Shown: positions 36,413 to 46,563, numbered from the stretch's first letter. The stretch is 63,637 bases of DNA from Candidatus Woesearchaeota archaeon (GCA_964418095.1 CAYQKM010000004.1:1-63637); one strand, 5' to 3'. The notes: generated by a model not told the origin, from the sequence alone. Translations and numbers: made by a program.

Positions 36413-39400
36413 CTAAATCCATTTCCCAATACTTTCTTGTTTTTCTAATTCTTTTCCAAAAATACTTTCAACATACCTTTTAACCAATTCTAAATTTTGT
36501 TGTATATATTTTGAAAGATTATATTTCTTAGATAACTCTAATGCAGGCTCAAGATATTTTTTTATTCCTCCTTCGTGGATTGTAAAAATAAGTTTTCCTT
36601 TACAAAACGGACAAACTCCATTTAAAGGAACTCTCCTAATTATCTCATTACATGCAACGCACCTAAATTCTTGCATAGAGAATTTTCTGAGATTACCCCT
36701 CATATCTCTAATAAAATGTCTATCTATAATAAGTCTAGCAGTATCGGGTGTATCAACAGCCCTAATTTTTTCAACCAGCCCCATCTGATGATTAACTTTA
36801 TCTTTCATAGTTAACAATTTTTTATATGAAGAGCATAAAACTCCTTCATTAAAATTATCTGTATCATGTGTAAATCCTGCACCAATAAAAGGATATTCAC
36901 CCCTCTTCAAAATTTCTCTTACAGTATTTATTTTGATTTCAGAGGAATGAGCTCCTCTCTCAGCTGTAATATAAAGTTCCAAAGGATAATTCATTAAAAA
37001 TTCAAAGTCAAGAATCTGATCATCTACTTCTCCCGCATCTATTTTTGCATTTAAAACTAAAGGTGCATCTTGAGTGCCTCCCCTATGACTTGGTAAAAAC
37101 TCTCTTGAAAAATTAAGCAACACATCTCCTAACAACATCACTGCTGCTTCATCACCATCACAATCCCTTCTAACAGCTGCGTGCATATAAGGACTAGCAA
37201 ATAATCCTTGAGTATTTGAAAAACCCACAAATCTACAAATAACTCCTGCACAATTATGAGGAGCCATGCAAACTCCTAACTTGCCAATTAAATCTTCTTT
37301 TTTCTGGAGATTATACATTTTTTCTAAACCATAAATTTTTTCCAACTCTTCATCTACAAATTGAGAAACTCTGAAAAAAACATCCTCTGCTTTTTCATCC
37401 AAAGAGTCAAAAGAACTTGGAAGAATAATATCGTGAGGCATTAATTCTAAAATCTGGTCTTCATTTTCTAATTTTTTTCCATAAACATCTTTATCATAGC
37501 CCATTTCATGGAGTTTTTCTATACTCACATGAGCCTCTTTAGGTTTAAAACAGATTAAAGGCAACTCTGTTGCATCAAACCTAATTGTCCCATCTTTATT
37601 TACTTGCAAATTATATTTTGCTCTCAAAATTCCTTTTGGAAGATATTCAATTGCATGATTAGCAGAAGAGGTTCCCCTAACACCCTTAACTAAAAGAGGG
37701 TATTCGTTTTTTGGAATATTTAATTTATTTAATGCGTGTTCATAATAGAAATTAATATCAATTGGTTTATTGTAATAATTCATACCCTTTTTAGAGGAAA
37801 TTTCACTAGTTGGGGCAAGTAATTTCTCTTTAGTGTCCAAAAAGTAATACATTGGTTTAGTTTTAATTTCACAATCTTCGCACACAGAGTAGATTGTTTC
37901 CTTTTTACATGATTCACAATAATAAATTGGAAAACTTCCCCAAACTTTCCCTTCTTTACATGCTGCCTGAATACTCCTCAGCCTCCCTCCCTCCTTTCCC
38001 ACAGGAAACAACACATTTGGGCTTCCAATTAATTTTCTCAATTTAGCTTTTTCAGGTCTTCCCATACGAGCCCCAATAAACTCACCAGATTTATCTTTTA
38101 TAACATACTTAGAAAAAGAATTAATAATTTCTAAAACCGATTTATCTGGATTAGAATTATAAAAATCAATCAAATTTTTAAAATTTAATTTATCAGAATC
38201 TCTCTTCTCTGAATCAACTCCCAAATTCAGTAAAAGGGCCCGAGTATTTTCTTCTGTTAAAACAACATTTTCAATTGTAACCTGATGTTCTATTCCTAAA
38301 AGTTCTAATGCTCTTTTTCCTAAAGAAAATTTTTCTCTTTCTAATTTATTATATGGAAAAATTAATTTCTTATCAAATTTAGAACTCTCTATCCAACCAA
38401 GTAAATCTAAAAGACTCTCCCTTGAGATTTCTTTCCAGTAAAAAATATATTTTGGATGTAAAGGTATTGAATACTTTTCGCTAAACTCTATTGCATTATC
38501 TAATGAAATTAAAAGGGGATTAATTGAAGCTAAAGAAGCATCATTCTTAACTAATTCTAAATGCCACCACTCTTCAACATATCCTGGTTTAACAAGATTA
38601 GCATTTCTATTTGCTAAATCACTAAAAGGAAAAAGAATATCTCCTAAATAAATTATTTCCTCTATATCACCATACAATGCTTTAACCTCTTCCATAGAAT
38701 TAAGTTTTTTTACGCTTCCATTAAAGGTTTTAACAATTGGACCATCAATTGAATCACATACAGTAACAGCACATCCTTTAGTGGGTTTTTCTATTTTTAA
38801 TTGGGTTCCAATTGCAATAAATTCATCTGTTACTGCCATTGTAGCTGGATGTAATGAAGCTGCACTAAACCCAGACACTCTTCCTCTACCATACCTAAAT
38901 CTAAATCCTCCTGACTTAGAAGGATAACCAAAAATAGGTCTTCCAGCAACTAAATCTTTAATGTATGTTGGAGTTCCATCTGCTTTACCTTTATCTCTCT
39001 TCTCGTGTAATTTAACATACTCTTCTAAAAAATCAAATCCACTAGAAACAATTCCATTCTTTTTTGCCCTATTCAATAATCTGAACCCTTTAGCCGCTTT
39101 CTGTGCAAGCCCCTCTCCAATAATCAAGCACACCCCACTTCTCAAATAATTTGTGTCTACTCTATCTAAATTCTTGTAATTTGGAACTTCAAGATTTTCA
39201 GATGCATCTCCTGCAATTTGTATTGGAAGATTTTCAGCTAAAAAAAGAGCCTCTTGCTCTGTGGGCATATACTGAAGATTAGTAATTCTATCGTGGAAGT
39301 GTTCTAATTCTGCATAAATTCTCTTTATTTCGTCTTGGGTGGGGTCATATTTTGCAAATCCAAATATTTCTCTTAAATAATCAATAACAATTAATATAAC

Positions 39401-39877
39401 GCAACTCGCAGTTGTCCCTGCACTCCTTATTGGTCCAGAAAAACTTGCTTCAATATACTCTTTCCCCTCTCGCGTATTTCTTATTTTTAATCCAGTAAAT
39501 CCTTCTATCGGGCTAGAAACAACACCTAATGTGGTGTATGCAAATGCAATTCTTATTCCAGCATCCATAGATTGTAATAAATTATCAAACTTGCAGAATT
39601 TTTGTTTAGCTACTTCTTCAGCAATTTTAAATAAAATAGTTGGATCTAATTTCCCATATTCTTTTTCTAATTCTAATATCCTCTCTACAATTTTTGATTC
39701 TTTCATCTGAGGATAAATTGTTGAGATTAACCCCACAACTTTTTCAGCCATACTCATAGCCAAAGGAATTTCAACCTCTTCAACAGGGTCATATCCTTTA
39801 GAACGAGCTAAATTTGCAACAGAATAAACCTTATCCACTTCCTGTTTCAAATTTTCAAAATATATCTTTGTGTCCAT
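36413..39877 (-). CDS. polC: DNA polymerase II (PolD) large subunit DP2
   Basis: 1154 aa. It has the N-terminal Y-x-x-L pattern, the hallmark ARMGRPEKAK and the Cys clusters CESCKKETIYSVCEDC and CVACNEIIRRVPLNGVCPFCKG. No intein-sized insertion is present. Confidence 0.95.
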   Translation of the reverse strand: MDTKIYFENLKQEVDKVYSVANLARSKGYDPVEEVEIPLAMSMAEKVVGLISTIYPQMKESKIVERILELEKEYGKLDPTILFKIAEEVAKQKFCKFDNLLQSMDAGIRIAFAYTTLGVVSSPIEGFTGLKIRNTREGKEYIEASFSGPIRSAGTTASCVILIVIDYLREIFGFAKYDPTQDEIKRIYAELEHFHDRITNLQYMPTEQEALFLAENLPIQIAGDASENLEVPNYKNLDRVDTNYLRSGVCLIIGEGLAQKAAKGFRLLNRAKKNGIVSSGFDFLEEYVKLHEKRDKGKADGTPTYIKDLVAGRPIFGYPSKSGGFRFRYGRGRVSGFSAASLHPATMAVTDEFIAIGTQLKIEKPTKGCAVTVCDSIDGPIVKTFNGSVKKLNSMEEVKALYGDIEEIIYLGDILFPFSDLANRNANLVKPGYVEEWWHLELVKNDASLASINPLLISLDNAIEFSEKYSIPLHPKYIFYWKEISRESLLDLLGWIESSKFDKKLIFPYNKLEREKFSLGKRALELLGIEHQVTIENVVLTEENTRALLLNLGVDSEKRDSDKLNFKNLIDFYNSNPDKSVLEIINSFSKYVIKDKSGEFIGARMGRPEKAKLRKLIGSPNVLFPVGKEGGRLRSIQAACKEGKVWGSFPIYYCESCKKETIYSVCEDCEIKTKPMYYFLDTKEKLLAPTSEISSKKGMNYYNKPIDINFYYEHALNKLNIPKNEYPLLVKGVRGTSSANHAIEYLPKGILRAKYNLQVNKDGTIRFDATELPLICFKPKEAHVSIEKLHEMGYDKDVYGKKLENEDQILELMPHDIILPSSFDSLDEKAEDVFFRVSQFVDEELEKIYGLEKMYNLQKKEDLIGKLGVCMAPHNCAGVICRFVGFSNTQGLFASPYMHAAVRRDCDGDEAAVMLLGDVLLNFSREFLPSHRGGTQDAPLVLNAKIDAGEVDDQILDFEFLMNYPLELYITAERGAHSSEIKINTVREILKRGEYPFIGAGFTHDTDNFNEGVLCSSYKKLLTMKDKVNHQMGLVEKIRAVDTPDTARLIIDRHFIRDMRGNLRKFSMQEFRCVACNEIIRRVPLNGVCPFCKGKLIFTIHEGGIKKYLEPALELSKKYNLSKYIQQNLELVKRYVESIFGKELEKQESIGKWI

Positions 39878-39948
39878 TCTAATTTGGAATAATTCTTACT
39901 TTCTTAACCCCCTTTTTTTCTTTTTCAAGATTAATAAGATATTTATTT

Positions 39949-41667
39949 TCATTTTTCATTACTCTCCTCTTTACTATCTTCAAAATCTAAAATTTTAACT
40001 TTCCTAGATTTTAAATTAAAAATAGGAACTTTACAATGATCAGGAATATTCCCAAATTTCTCTTGATAGGGGGTCATCTCTTCCCAACAAGAGACAGAAA
40101 CAACAAGAATATTATTATAATAGGTTACACCGCATTTATGTGTGTGTGCAGAAACAAAAATATCTGGTATCTCCCTTATTAAAAGACCATCTTTTTCAGA
40201 AGGAAAATATTGTGTTGATGAATGTGTTGGTGCTAAATGTCTATTCTTAAGCAAGTATTTCATTATTTCCTCAGGACAATTCATTGCCTTTTTTTGAATA
40301 AGAGAAGGAATATTGTTTGCATAGTATGGGTAAGAAAAACCATGATAAGTTAAGACATTAAATCCTAAAAAATCCTCTTGCTTACCTAAGTTAACATAAC
40401 AGGGATTGGGAGTAATAAAAGCATTTTCCATTTCATATAATGGCCAAGAGTATTTTTGATCTAAAATAGGCTGAGGTTCCATTAATCTTACTCCATCATG
40501 GTTTCCTGGTGAAATAATTATTTTTATATCTTTTCTAATCTTGCTTAATAATTCCGCTAATCCAAAAAATTGTTCTTCCAAATCAGAGATTTCTAAATCT
40601 TTTTCTTGATTAGGATAATTTCCTATTCCAGTAATAACATCTCCTACTAAAAAAAGATACTTTATTTTACTGGATTCTTTTCTATCTCCAATGCCTCCAT
40701 TTAGAAACTCAATAAATTTAATAAAATTCTTTTTCATAAAACGTTTACTTCCATAATGCAAATCTCCAATAAATGCAACAGATTCATCTATCTTTGAAAA
40801 TTTTCTTTCTTGTAAAACAGAGTCAGGATAGATAATCTCATCTGCAAAAAATCGTTCTTCATTCCCAGACCCTTTAAATCCCAAAATAGAATCTAGAGCT
40901 ACGTTTTCTGCTTTTTCATATAATTCTTTTTTGTCTTTACTAACAATTATTTTTATTTTTCCTGTAAAATCTTCAATTTCAAAAATAATATTTCTGTTTT
41001 TAGTAAATGATTTACTAGACACTATTCCAATAAGGGAGATTTTATGTTTATTTCCAAAAATCTTTCCAATAGAAATAGGATTATCTAATTCTGAACGAGA
41101 TTGCAATATACCTCTCATCTCTGTAAACCTGCTTCTAAAATAATTAACAAAATCTTGAACTTCCAATTTTTTATTTACTATTGGGAAAGATGATAAAACT
41201 TCTACATTCCCAAAAGTTTTAGAAGGAGTGTAAGGAGATGTAGGAGAATGAGATATAGAGTCGTTTTTAATAGGGTTATTATTTTGATAAGAAACATCTT
41301 TTTTAGAAATGTTTTTTTTGGGAATATTTAAATCATTCATATTTTTATAAATATTAGAATCGTTTGAATTCTCTTTAGAGGATAGTTTTTCTCTAGATAT
41401 TTCTATACTTAATCCAAGTTTAATTTTAAGCCCTTCTAGCTCTTCTTGTGTTTGTTTGGGTAAATCATAAAAAAATTCATTTAACTTATCTTTATTTTCA
41501 TAAAAAACATTCTTAGTGATAATATTTTTTTGAGTATAACTCCTTATTTTTCCAATGAACAATTTAACAGAATCCAAATCTTTAGTTTCTCCAAAGAGAC
41601 TTAATACTTCTTTGTCAACTAATAAACCATTCTCTAAACAAAACCTTAAAAGTTGCTTTGGATCCAT
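39949..41667 (-). CDS. polB: DNA polymerase II (PolD) small subunit DP1
   Basis: It carries calcineurin-like phosphoesterase motifs (FIGDLHYGS, LVGDVITGIG, SPGNHDG, YHGF, SAHTHK) after an OB-fold region. It is adjacent to DP2. Confidence 0.9.
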   Translation of the reverse strand: MDPKQLLRFCLENGLLVDKEVLSLFGETKDLDSVKLFIGKIRSYTQKNIITKNVFYENKDKLNEFFYDLPKQTQEELEGLKIKLGLSIEISREKLSSKENSNDSNIYKNMNDLNIPKKNISKKDVSYQNNNPIKNDSISHSPTSPYTPSKTFGNVEVLSSFPIVNKKLEVQDFVNYFRSRFTEMRGILQSRSELDNPISIGKIFGNKHKISLIGIVSSKSFTKNRNIIFEIEDFTGKIKIIVSKDKKELYEKAENVALDSILGFKGSGNEERFFADEIIYPDSVLQERKFSKIDESVAFIGDLHYGSKRFMKKNFIKFIEFLNGGIGDRKESSKIKYLFLVGDVITGIGNYPNQEKDLEISDLEEQFFGLAELLSKIRKDIKIIISPGNHDGVRLMEPQPILDQKYSWPLYEMENAFITPNPCYVNLGKQEDFLGFNVLTYHGFSYPYYANNIPSLIQKKAMNCPEEIMKYLLKNRHLAPTHSSTQYFPSEKDGLLIREIPDIFVSAHTHKCGVTYYNNILVVSVSCWEEMTPYQEKFGNIPDHCKVPIFNLKSRKVKILDFEDSKEESNEK

Positions 41668-41681
41668 TTTTAAATATAAAT

Positions 41682-42896
<1,215 letters not shown>

Positions 42897-42960
42897 TTTA
42901 AATTACTTTTATAATCAAACACATTTTAATTTGATTTCATATATTTTAATTTAATTTATG

Positions 42961-42988
42961 CCTCACACGTGCATTTCCTATGGAAAAC
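42961..42988 (-). promoter_or_regulatory. origin recognition box ORB-1 (dyad TTTCC-TAT-GGAAA plus distal CCTCAC/G-string)
   Basis: The plus strand reads CCTCACACGTGCATTTCCTATGGAAAAC. The dyad faces the AT-rich block. A weaker ORB-like dyad (TTTCTCGTTGAGGAAAA) lies at 43003-43019. Confidence 0.7.
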
Positions 42989-43060
42989 AGGCATTTGTTT
43001 TATTTCTCGTTGAGGAAAATTAAATTGTTATATAAATGATTATAATCACTAACAAAGAAG

Positions 43061-43086
43061 AACACCTATACTTCCTATGGAGAAAG
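43061..43086 (-). promoter_or_regulatory. origin recognition box ORB-2 (mini-ORB)
   Basis: AACACCTATACTTCCTATGGAGAAAG repeats the TTCCTATGGA core of ORB-1 in the same orientation. Confidence 0.6.
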
Positions 43087-43361
43087 AATTTATAAATTAA
43101 ATATAGATTGTACAATATATATTATAAAATATATAATTTATAAAATATATTATTATTGGTATTGATATTATTGTTTATATCTTTATTATTATTCTTATTA
43201 ACATTATTCTTATTATTATTCTTATTCTTATTGTATTTATTATTATTTCGTCTTTATTTTTCTTATTCTTATTTAAAAAATAGTCATTCCTATATATTAT
43301 ATAATATATAATTTTATAATATAAATAAATAAATAAAATTTTCAAATTTTTGTTTATAAAC
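43087..43361. other. duplex unwinding element (DUE) of oriC
   Basis: About 275 bp almost entirely A/T, made of short ATTATT/CTTATT and TATAAAATATA repeats and bracketed by inverted ORBs. The only ORF here (43175..43378) encodes low-complexity I/Y/N/K text. Confidence 0.7.
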
Positions 43362-43389
43362 GTTTCCATAAGAAACAAAGGGGTGAGGG
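43362..43389 (+). promoter_or_regulatory. origin recognition box ORB-3 (inverted relative to ORB-1/2)
   Basis: GTTTCCATAAGAAACAAAGGGGTGAGGG is a dyad followed by an AAAGGGGT G-string, as in canonical archaeal ORBs. Its reverse complement (CCCTCACCCCTTTGTTTCTTATGGAAAC) aligns with ORB-1. Confidence 0.75.
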
Positions 43390-43460
43390 CAATATCTTTT
43401 TTTAGAACAATTATAATGGGATAGAGAAAAGTTTATAAATTGTTTTCTTTTATCTCTTTC

Positions 43461-43721
43461 ATGCAAAGAGAAAAAAGCCCATTCAATGCTTTATTAGGAA
43501 AGATGATCGTAACAAAAGAAGGTAAAAGATTAGGATTTGTTAAAGATATTACATTTGAAACAAAATCTGGAGAACTAATAGGAATTGTAATAAAAGATGT
43601 AACACCCTATACAAGGAATCTAAATCTAGAGAAATCCTCCTCAGGAGAATTCTTAATTCCATATAGTTCAATAATAGCTATTGGAGATTTCATGATTGTT
43701 TCTGAAGAAGATTTAATCTAA
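43461..43721 (+). CDS. PRC-barrel domain protein
   Basis: The track start is TTG (43440) and the first ATG is at 43461. LLGKMIVTKEGKRLGFVKDITFETKSGELIGIVIKD...LIPYSSIIAIGDFMIV matches the PRC-barrel pattern. Confidence 0.7.
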   Translation: MQREKSPFNALLGKMIVTKEGKRLGFVKDITFETKSGELIGIVIKDVTPYTRNLNLEKSSSGEFLIPYSSIIAIGDFMIVSEEDLI

Positions 43722-43820
43722 TTCAATTTAATTTTAAAATAATTTAAATTATTTTTATTTCTAATTATTCACATTATTTATAATAAGAATCTTTAAAAAT
43801 AGAGAAATGTATTTGGTTTT

Positions 43821-44267
43821 ATGAAATTATTAAGTTTTAAATTTACTAAATTAAATGCAGAGAGAAAGTCAGATAATTTAAACAATTCTAAGTTAGATAC
43901 AAAACTACTTATTAAAGAAATAGAAGAAGTTCCCCTAACTAATAATACCCAACAAGAAACAGAAAATTCCCCTACATCTGAAAAATTATTAAGAATTAAA
44001 TTTGATTATATAATTAGTTATGGAGAAGATATTGGTTCTATTGAAACAGGCGGAAGCTTAATTATCTCACTTTCACAGGGTTTATTTAAGGAAGTTTTAA
44101 GCTCTTGGAAAGAAAAGAAGATGCCAGAAGATTTTAAATTAACAATTTTTAATTTTATTTTCAAGAAAGCAGGATTAAAAGCAATATGTTTAGAAGATCA
44201 AGTGGGGTTGCCTCCACATATACCTTTGCCTTCTCTTAAAATTCAAGACCCTTCTAAAAAAGAATAA
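43821..44267 (+). CDS. hypothetical protein
   Basis: 148-aa ORF with coding-like composition. I recognised no family. Confidence 0.45.
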   Translation: MKLLSFKFTKLNAERKSDNLNNSKLDTKLLIKEIEEVPLTNNTQQETENSPTSEKLLRIKFDYIISYGEDIGSIETGGSLIISLSQGLFKEVLSSWKEKKMPEDFKLTIFNFIFKKAGLKAICLEDQVGLPPHIPLPSLKIQDPSKKE

Positions 44268-44337
44268 TTCTAAGAGAGTCTTAATAATCCCTATAAGATT
44301 TAGTTAATTTTAAAAGAGAATTGCCCTTTACTATTAA

Positions 44338-44610
44338 ATGAGGATTTCAAACGAAAAAAGAGAAAAGATATCTGAACAAATCTTAGCTTATTTATTCACA
44401 ACAAATCCCAAACCCCTATTTACATCACATATTGCAAAAGAAATAGCAAGAGATGAAGAGTTCACAAAAAAAATTTTAATCGAATTAAAAAAAAAGGAGT
44501 TAGTTTCTGAAATAACTAAAAATCCTTCTGGACAAGATTATATTAAGAGAAGTAGATGGAAGCTTAGTGAAAAAGCATACATTATATATAAACAGAAACA
44601 ATCCAATTAA
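44338..44610 (+). CDS. small winged-helix DNA-binding protein
   Basis: 90 aa. ILAYLFTTNPKPLFTSHIAKEIARDEEFTKKILIELKKKELVSEI...RWKLSEKAY looks like an HTH followed by a wing. Confidence 0.5.
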   Translation: MRISNEKREKISEQILAYLFTTNPKPLFTSHIAKEIARDEEFTKKILIELKKKELVSEITKNPSGQDYIKRSRWKLSEKAYIIYKQKQSN

Positions 44611-44662
44611 ATATACTTTAATTTATCTTAATCTTTTTATACTTAATATTATTTCAAATTTT

Positions 44663-45637
44663 ATGGAACCAGTAAAAGAGGCATTTCATAAAGTAAAGCA
44701 AGACATGAACACATTAAAGGAAGAATTAGATTCATTAAAAAATGAATTATCTGGCACAAGAGAACAGCTAATTGAGATGTGTGAGATACTTAAAACAATC
44801 GTTAAGAATCAAACCCCCCAACTCCCCCAACCCAACCAAGTTAATAACACCCAGCTACTAAAAAAAAACAGGTTAGAAAATTCTCTGGATAGCAGTTCTC
44901 CCATATATATTTCCCAAGAGAGGGTTTATTCTCCTTCCCAAAGACAAGCCCAACACACTGATTTCATTCCAAATCAATTAGAAAATCAATTAGAAAAATC
45001 TGCCATTTACCCCCCAAATCATCATCAAAATTATCATATTCCACAAGATTCATTAAATCCAACACTCCAACACATAATTCCAACACATAACCAACAATCT
45101 CTTACAACTCCAACACATAATTTTCCTTACAGCCCCTATAAAGCCCAAAATTCCATACTTTCCACAGGAAACGGAGGGGTTCCAACAGACAGACAGACAG
45201 ACAGACAGACAGACCAACAGACAAATAAAAGTTCGTATAATCTTGGAAATATCCCCTTAAATGAAAAGAGATATTTAAATAACAATTTCTCTAATCCACA
45301 AGATTCAATTCAAAATGCTACCTTAATATTAGATTCATTAGATACACTCAAAAAAGAAATTAGATTGAAATTTAAGAGGCTAACAGAGCAAGAGTTCTTA
45401 GTCTTTTCTATAATCTATCAGTTCTCAGAAACAAAAGGATCTACAACCTATAATGATATCTCTTTAAAGATAGGTTTAACTGAAAGCTCAATTAGAGATT
45501 ATGTTGGAAGATTGATAAAAAAAGGGATTCCCGTCGAGAAAACAAAGATAAATAACAAATCTATTGCACTTTCTATTTCTCCAAATTTAAAGAAAATAGC
45601 TTCATTAGAGACTATTTTTCAATTAAGGGCATTATAA
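44663..45637 (+). CDS. coiled-coil / low-complexity / C-terminal winged-helix protein (family member 1)
   Basis: The track ORF starts at 44567, but the plausible ATG is at 44663 (MEPVKEAFHKVKQDMNTLKEELDSLKNEL). The middle is Pro/Gln/His/Thr-rich with TDRQTDRQTDQQT. The C-terminal wHTH reads LTEQEFLVFSIIYQF...YNDISLKIGLTESSIRDYVGRLIKKGIPVE. Confidence 0.6.
   Translation: MEPVKEAFHKVKQDMNTLKEELDSLKNELSGTREQLIEMCEILKTIVKNQTPQLPQPNQVNNTQLLKKNRLENSLDSSSPIYISQERVYSPSQRQAQHTDFIPNQLENQLEKSAIYPPNHHQNYHIPQDSLNPTLQHIIPTHNQQSLTTPTHNFPYSPYKAQNSILSTGNGGVPTDRQTDRQTDQQTNKSSYNLGNIPLNEKRYLNNNFSNPQDSIQNATLILDSLDTLKKEIRLKFKRLTEQEFLVFSIIYQFSETKGSTTYNDISLKIGLTESSIRDYVGRLIKKGIPVEKTKINNKSIALSISPNLKKIASLETIFQLRAL
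45185..45214 (+). repeat. perfect tetranucleotide microsatellite (ACAG)7 + AC inside CDS 44663..45637
   Basis: Counted base by base from 45185 there are seven ACAG units and then AC. In the gene frame the tract reads TDRQTDRQTD. Confidence 0.95.
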
Positions 45638-45644
45638 TAACGCC

Positions 45645-45662
45645 TATTCGGTATACCGAATA
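45645..45662. promoter_or_regulatory. perfect 18-bp palindrome TATTCGGTATACCGAATA (terminator hairpin or protein-binding site)
   Basis: It lies 8 nt after the stop of 44663..45637, at the start of a 300-bp pyrimidine-rich convergent spacer. Confidence 0.5.
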
Positions 45663-45939
45663 TATATATCTATCTCTTTATTTAATTATTTCACCTAGAA
45701 ATAACCCTCATTTTTGGATTCCCCCCAATGTTTTTTACTCCTTTTTCACACCTTTTTCTTGATTTTGTCTCTTTTTTATTCCATTTCCTCCTTTTTCTCT
45801 TCTTTTTGCTTTATTTTCTTTAATTTACCTCATTTTTCCTTAATTTGCTCTCACTTTCGTACTTCAGCATATATTTTCCTGAAGTTTTTTACTAAATTTT
45901 ATTAAATTAACTCTCACTTTTTGTATTTTGGCCTCTTTT

Positions 45940-46563
45940 TTACTCATTTTTTCTTTGATTCTTCCCCTTTTTTTGTTTTCCAACCCTCACTTTTGACTTT
46001 TTTAGTATTTTTTCCTTCATTTCCTCCGAAATAAACACTCTTTTTCTGCCATTCTTCTCAATACTCTCTTCTATCAAATCCTCACTTTTAGATTTTATTG
46101 CATTTATTTGGCCTCTTATTGTACTCTTCTCCTTCCCCAAGACCGCTGCAAGATCATCATAACTTAGCTTCATATCAGAATTTAATAGAATCCATAGTAT
46201 TGCTCTTTCTGTTACTGAAAATTGCTCTAAATTCGGTGTTTGAACACCTGTTTGAACACCTGTTTGAACAGCATAAACAGCTGTTTGTTTGTCAGGCAAC
46301 AGGCTGTTTGTTTTAAACAGCTGTTTGGGTTTTAATTGATTCATAATTGAAAGGACATTTTTCATTCCATCTATTTCATTTTTTATCGACGATAAACTCT
46401 CTTTTATCTGATCTATTTCTCCTTTTTGTATATTTCTTTCAGACTCAAGGTGTTTAATCCATCCTGTTAAAGAAGCAACATCTTTTTTTACAGAGTCAAA
46501 TCCTATTTTTGTCTCCTCTTTTATCTTCTTACTCTCTTTTTTCCAAGAAAACCAACCAAACAT
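45940..46563 (-). CDS. coiled-coil / tandem-repeat / C-terminal winged-helix protein (family member 2)
   Basis: It has the same architecture as 44663..45637. The coiled coil reads FDSVKKDVASLTGWIKHLE...IDQIKESLSSIKNEIDGMKN. It then has VQTGVQTGVQT, a wHTH (FSVTERAILWILLNSDMKLSYDDLAAVLGKEKSTIRGQINAIKSK) and a basic tail. Confidence 0.6.
   Translation of the reverse strand: MFGWFSWKKESKKIKEETKIGFDSVKKDVASLTGWIKHLESERNIQKGEIDQIKESLSSIKNEIDGMKNVLSIMNQLKPKQLFKTNSLLPDKQTAVYAVQTGVQTGVQTPNLEQFSVTERAILWILLNSDMKLSYDDLAAVLGKEKSTIRGQINAIKSKSEDLIEESIEKNGRKRVFISEEMKEKILKKSKVRVGKQKKGKNQRKNE
46235..46270. repeat. 12-bp tandem repeat x3 (GGTGTTTGAACA / CCTGTTTGAACA x2) inside CDS 45940..46563
   Basis: It is in frame (12 nt per unit) and encodes VQTGVQTGVQT on the minus strand. 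Each unit contains the TGTT..AACA dyad. Confidence 0.9.

Noticed and set aside
43175-43378. 67-aa ORF in the cdc6-proximal gap
   Set aside because: It lies entirely in the near-pure A/T unwinding element, and its translation is only I/Y/N/K/R repeats. I interpret the region as the oriC DUE rather than a gene.
45714-45905. 63-aa plus-strand ORF in the convergent spacer
   Set aside because: It is the product of a C/T-rich low-complexity stretch (F/S/L-rich) with no start context. The region looks like decayed gene 3' ends.
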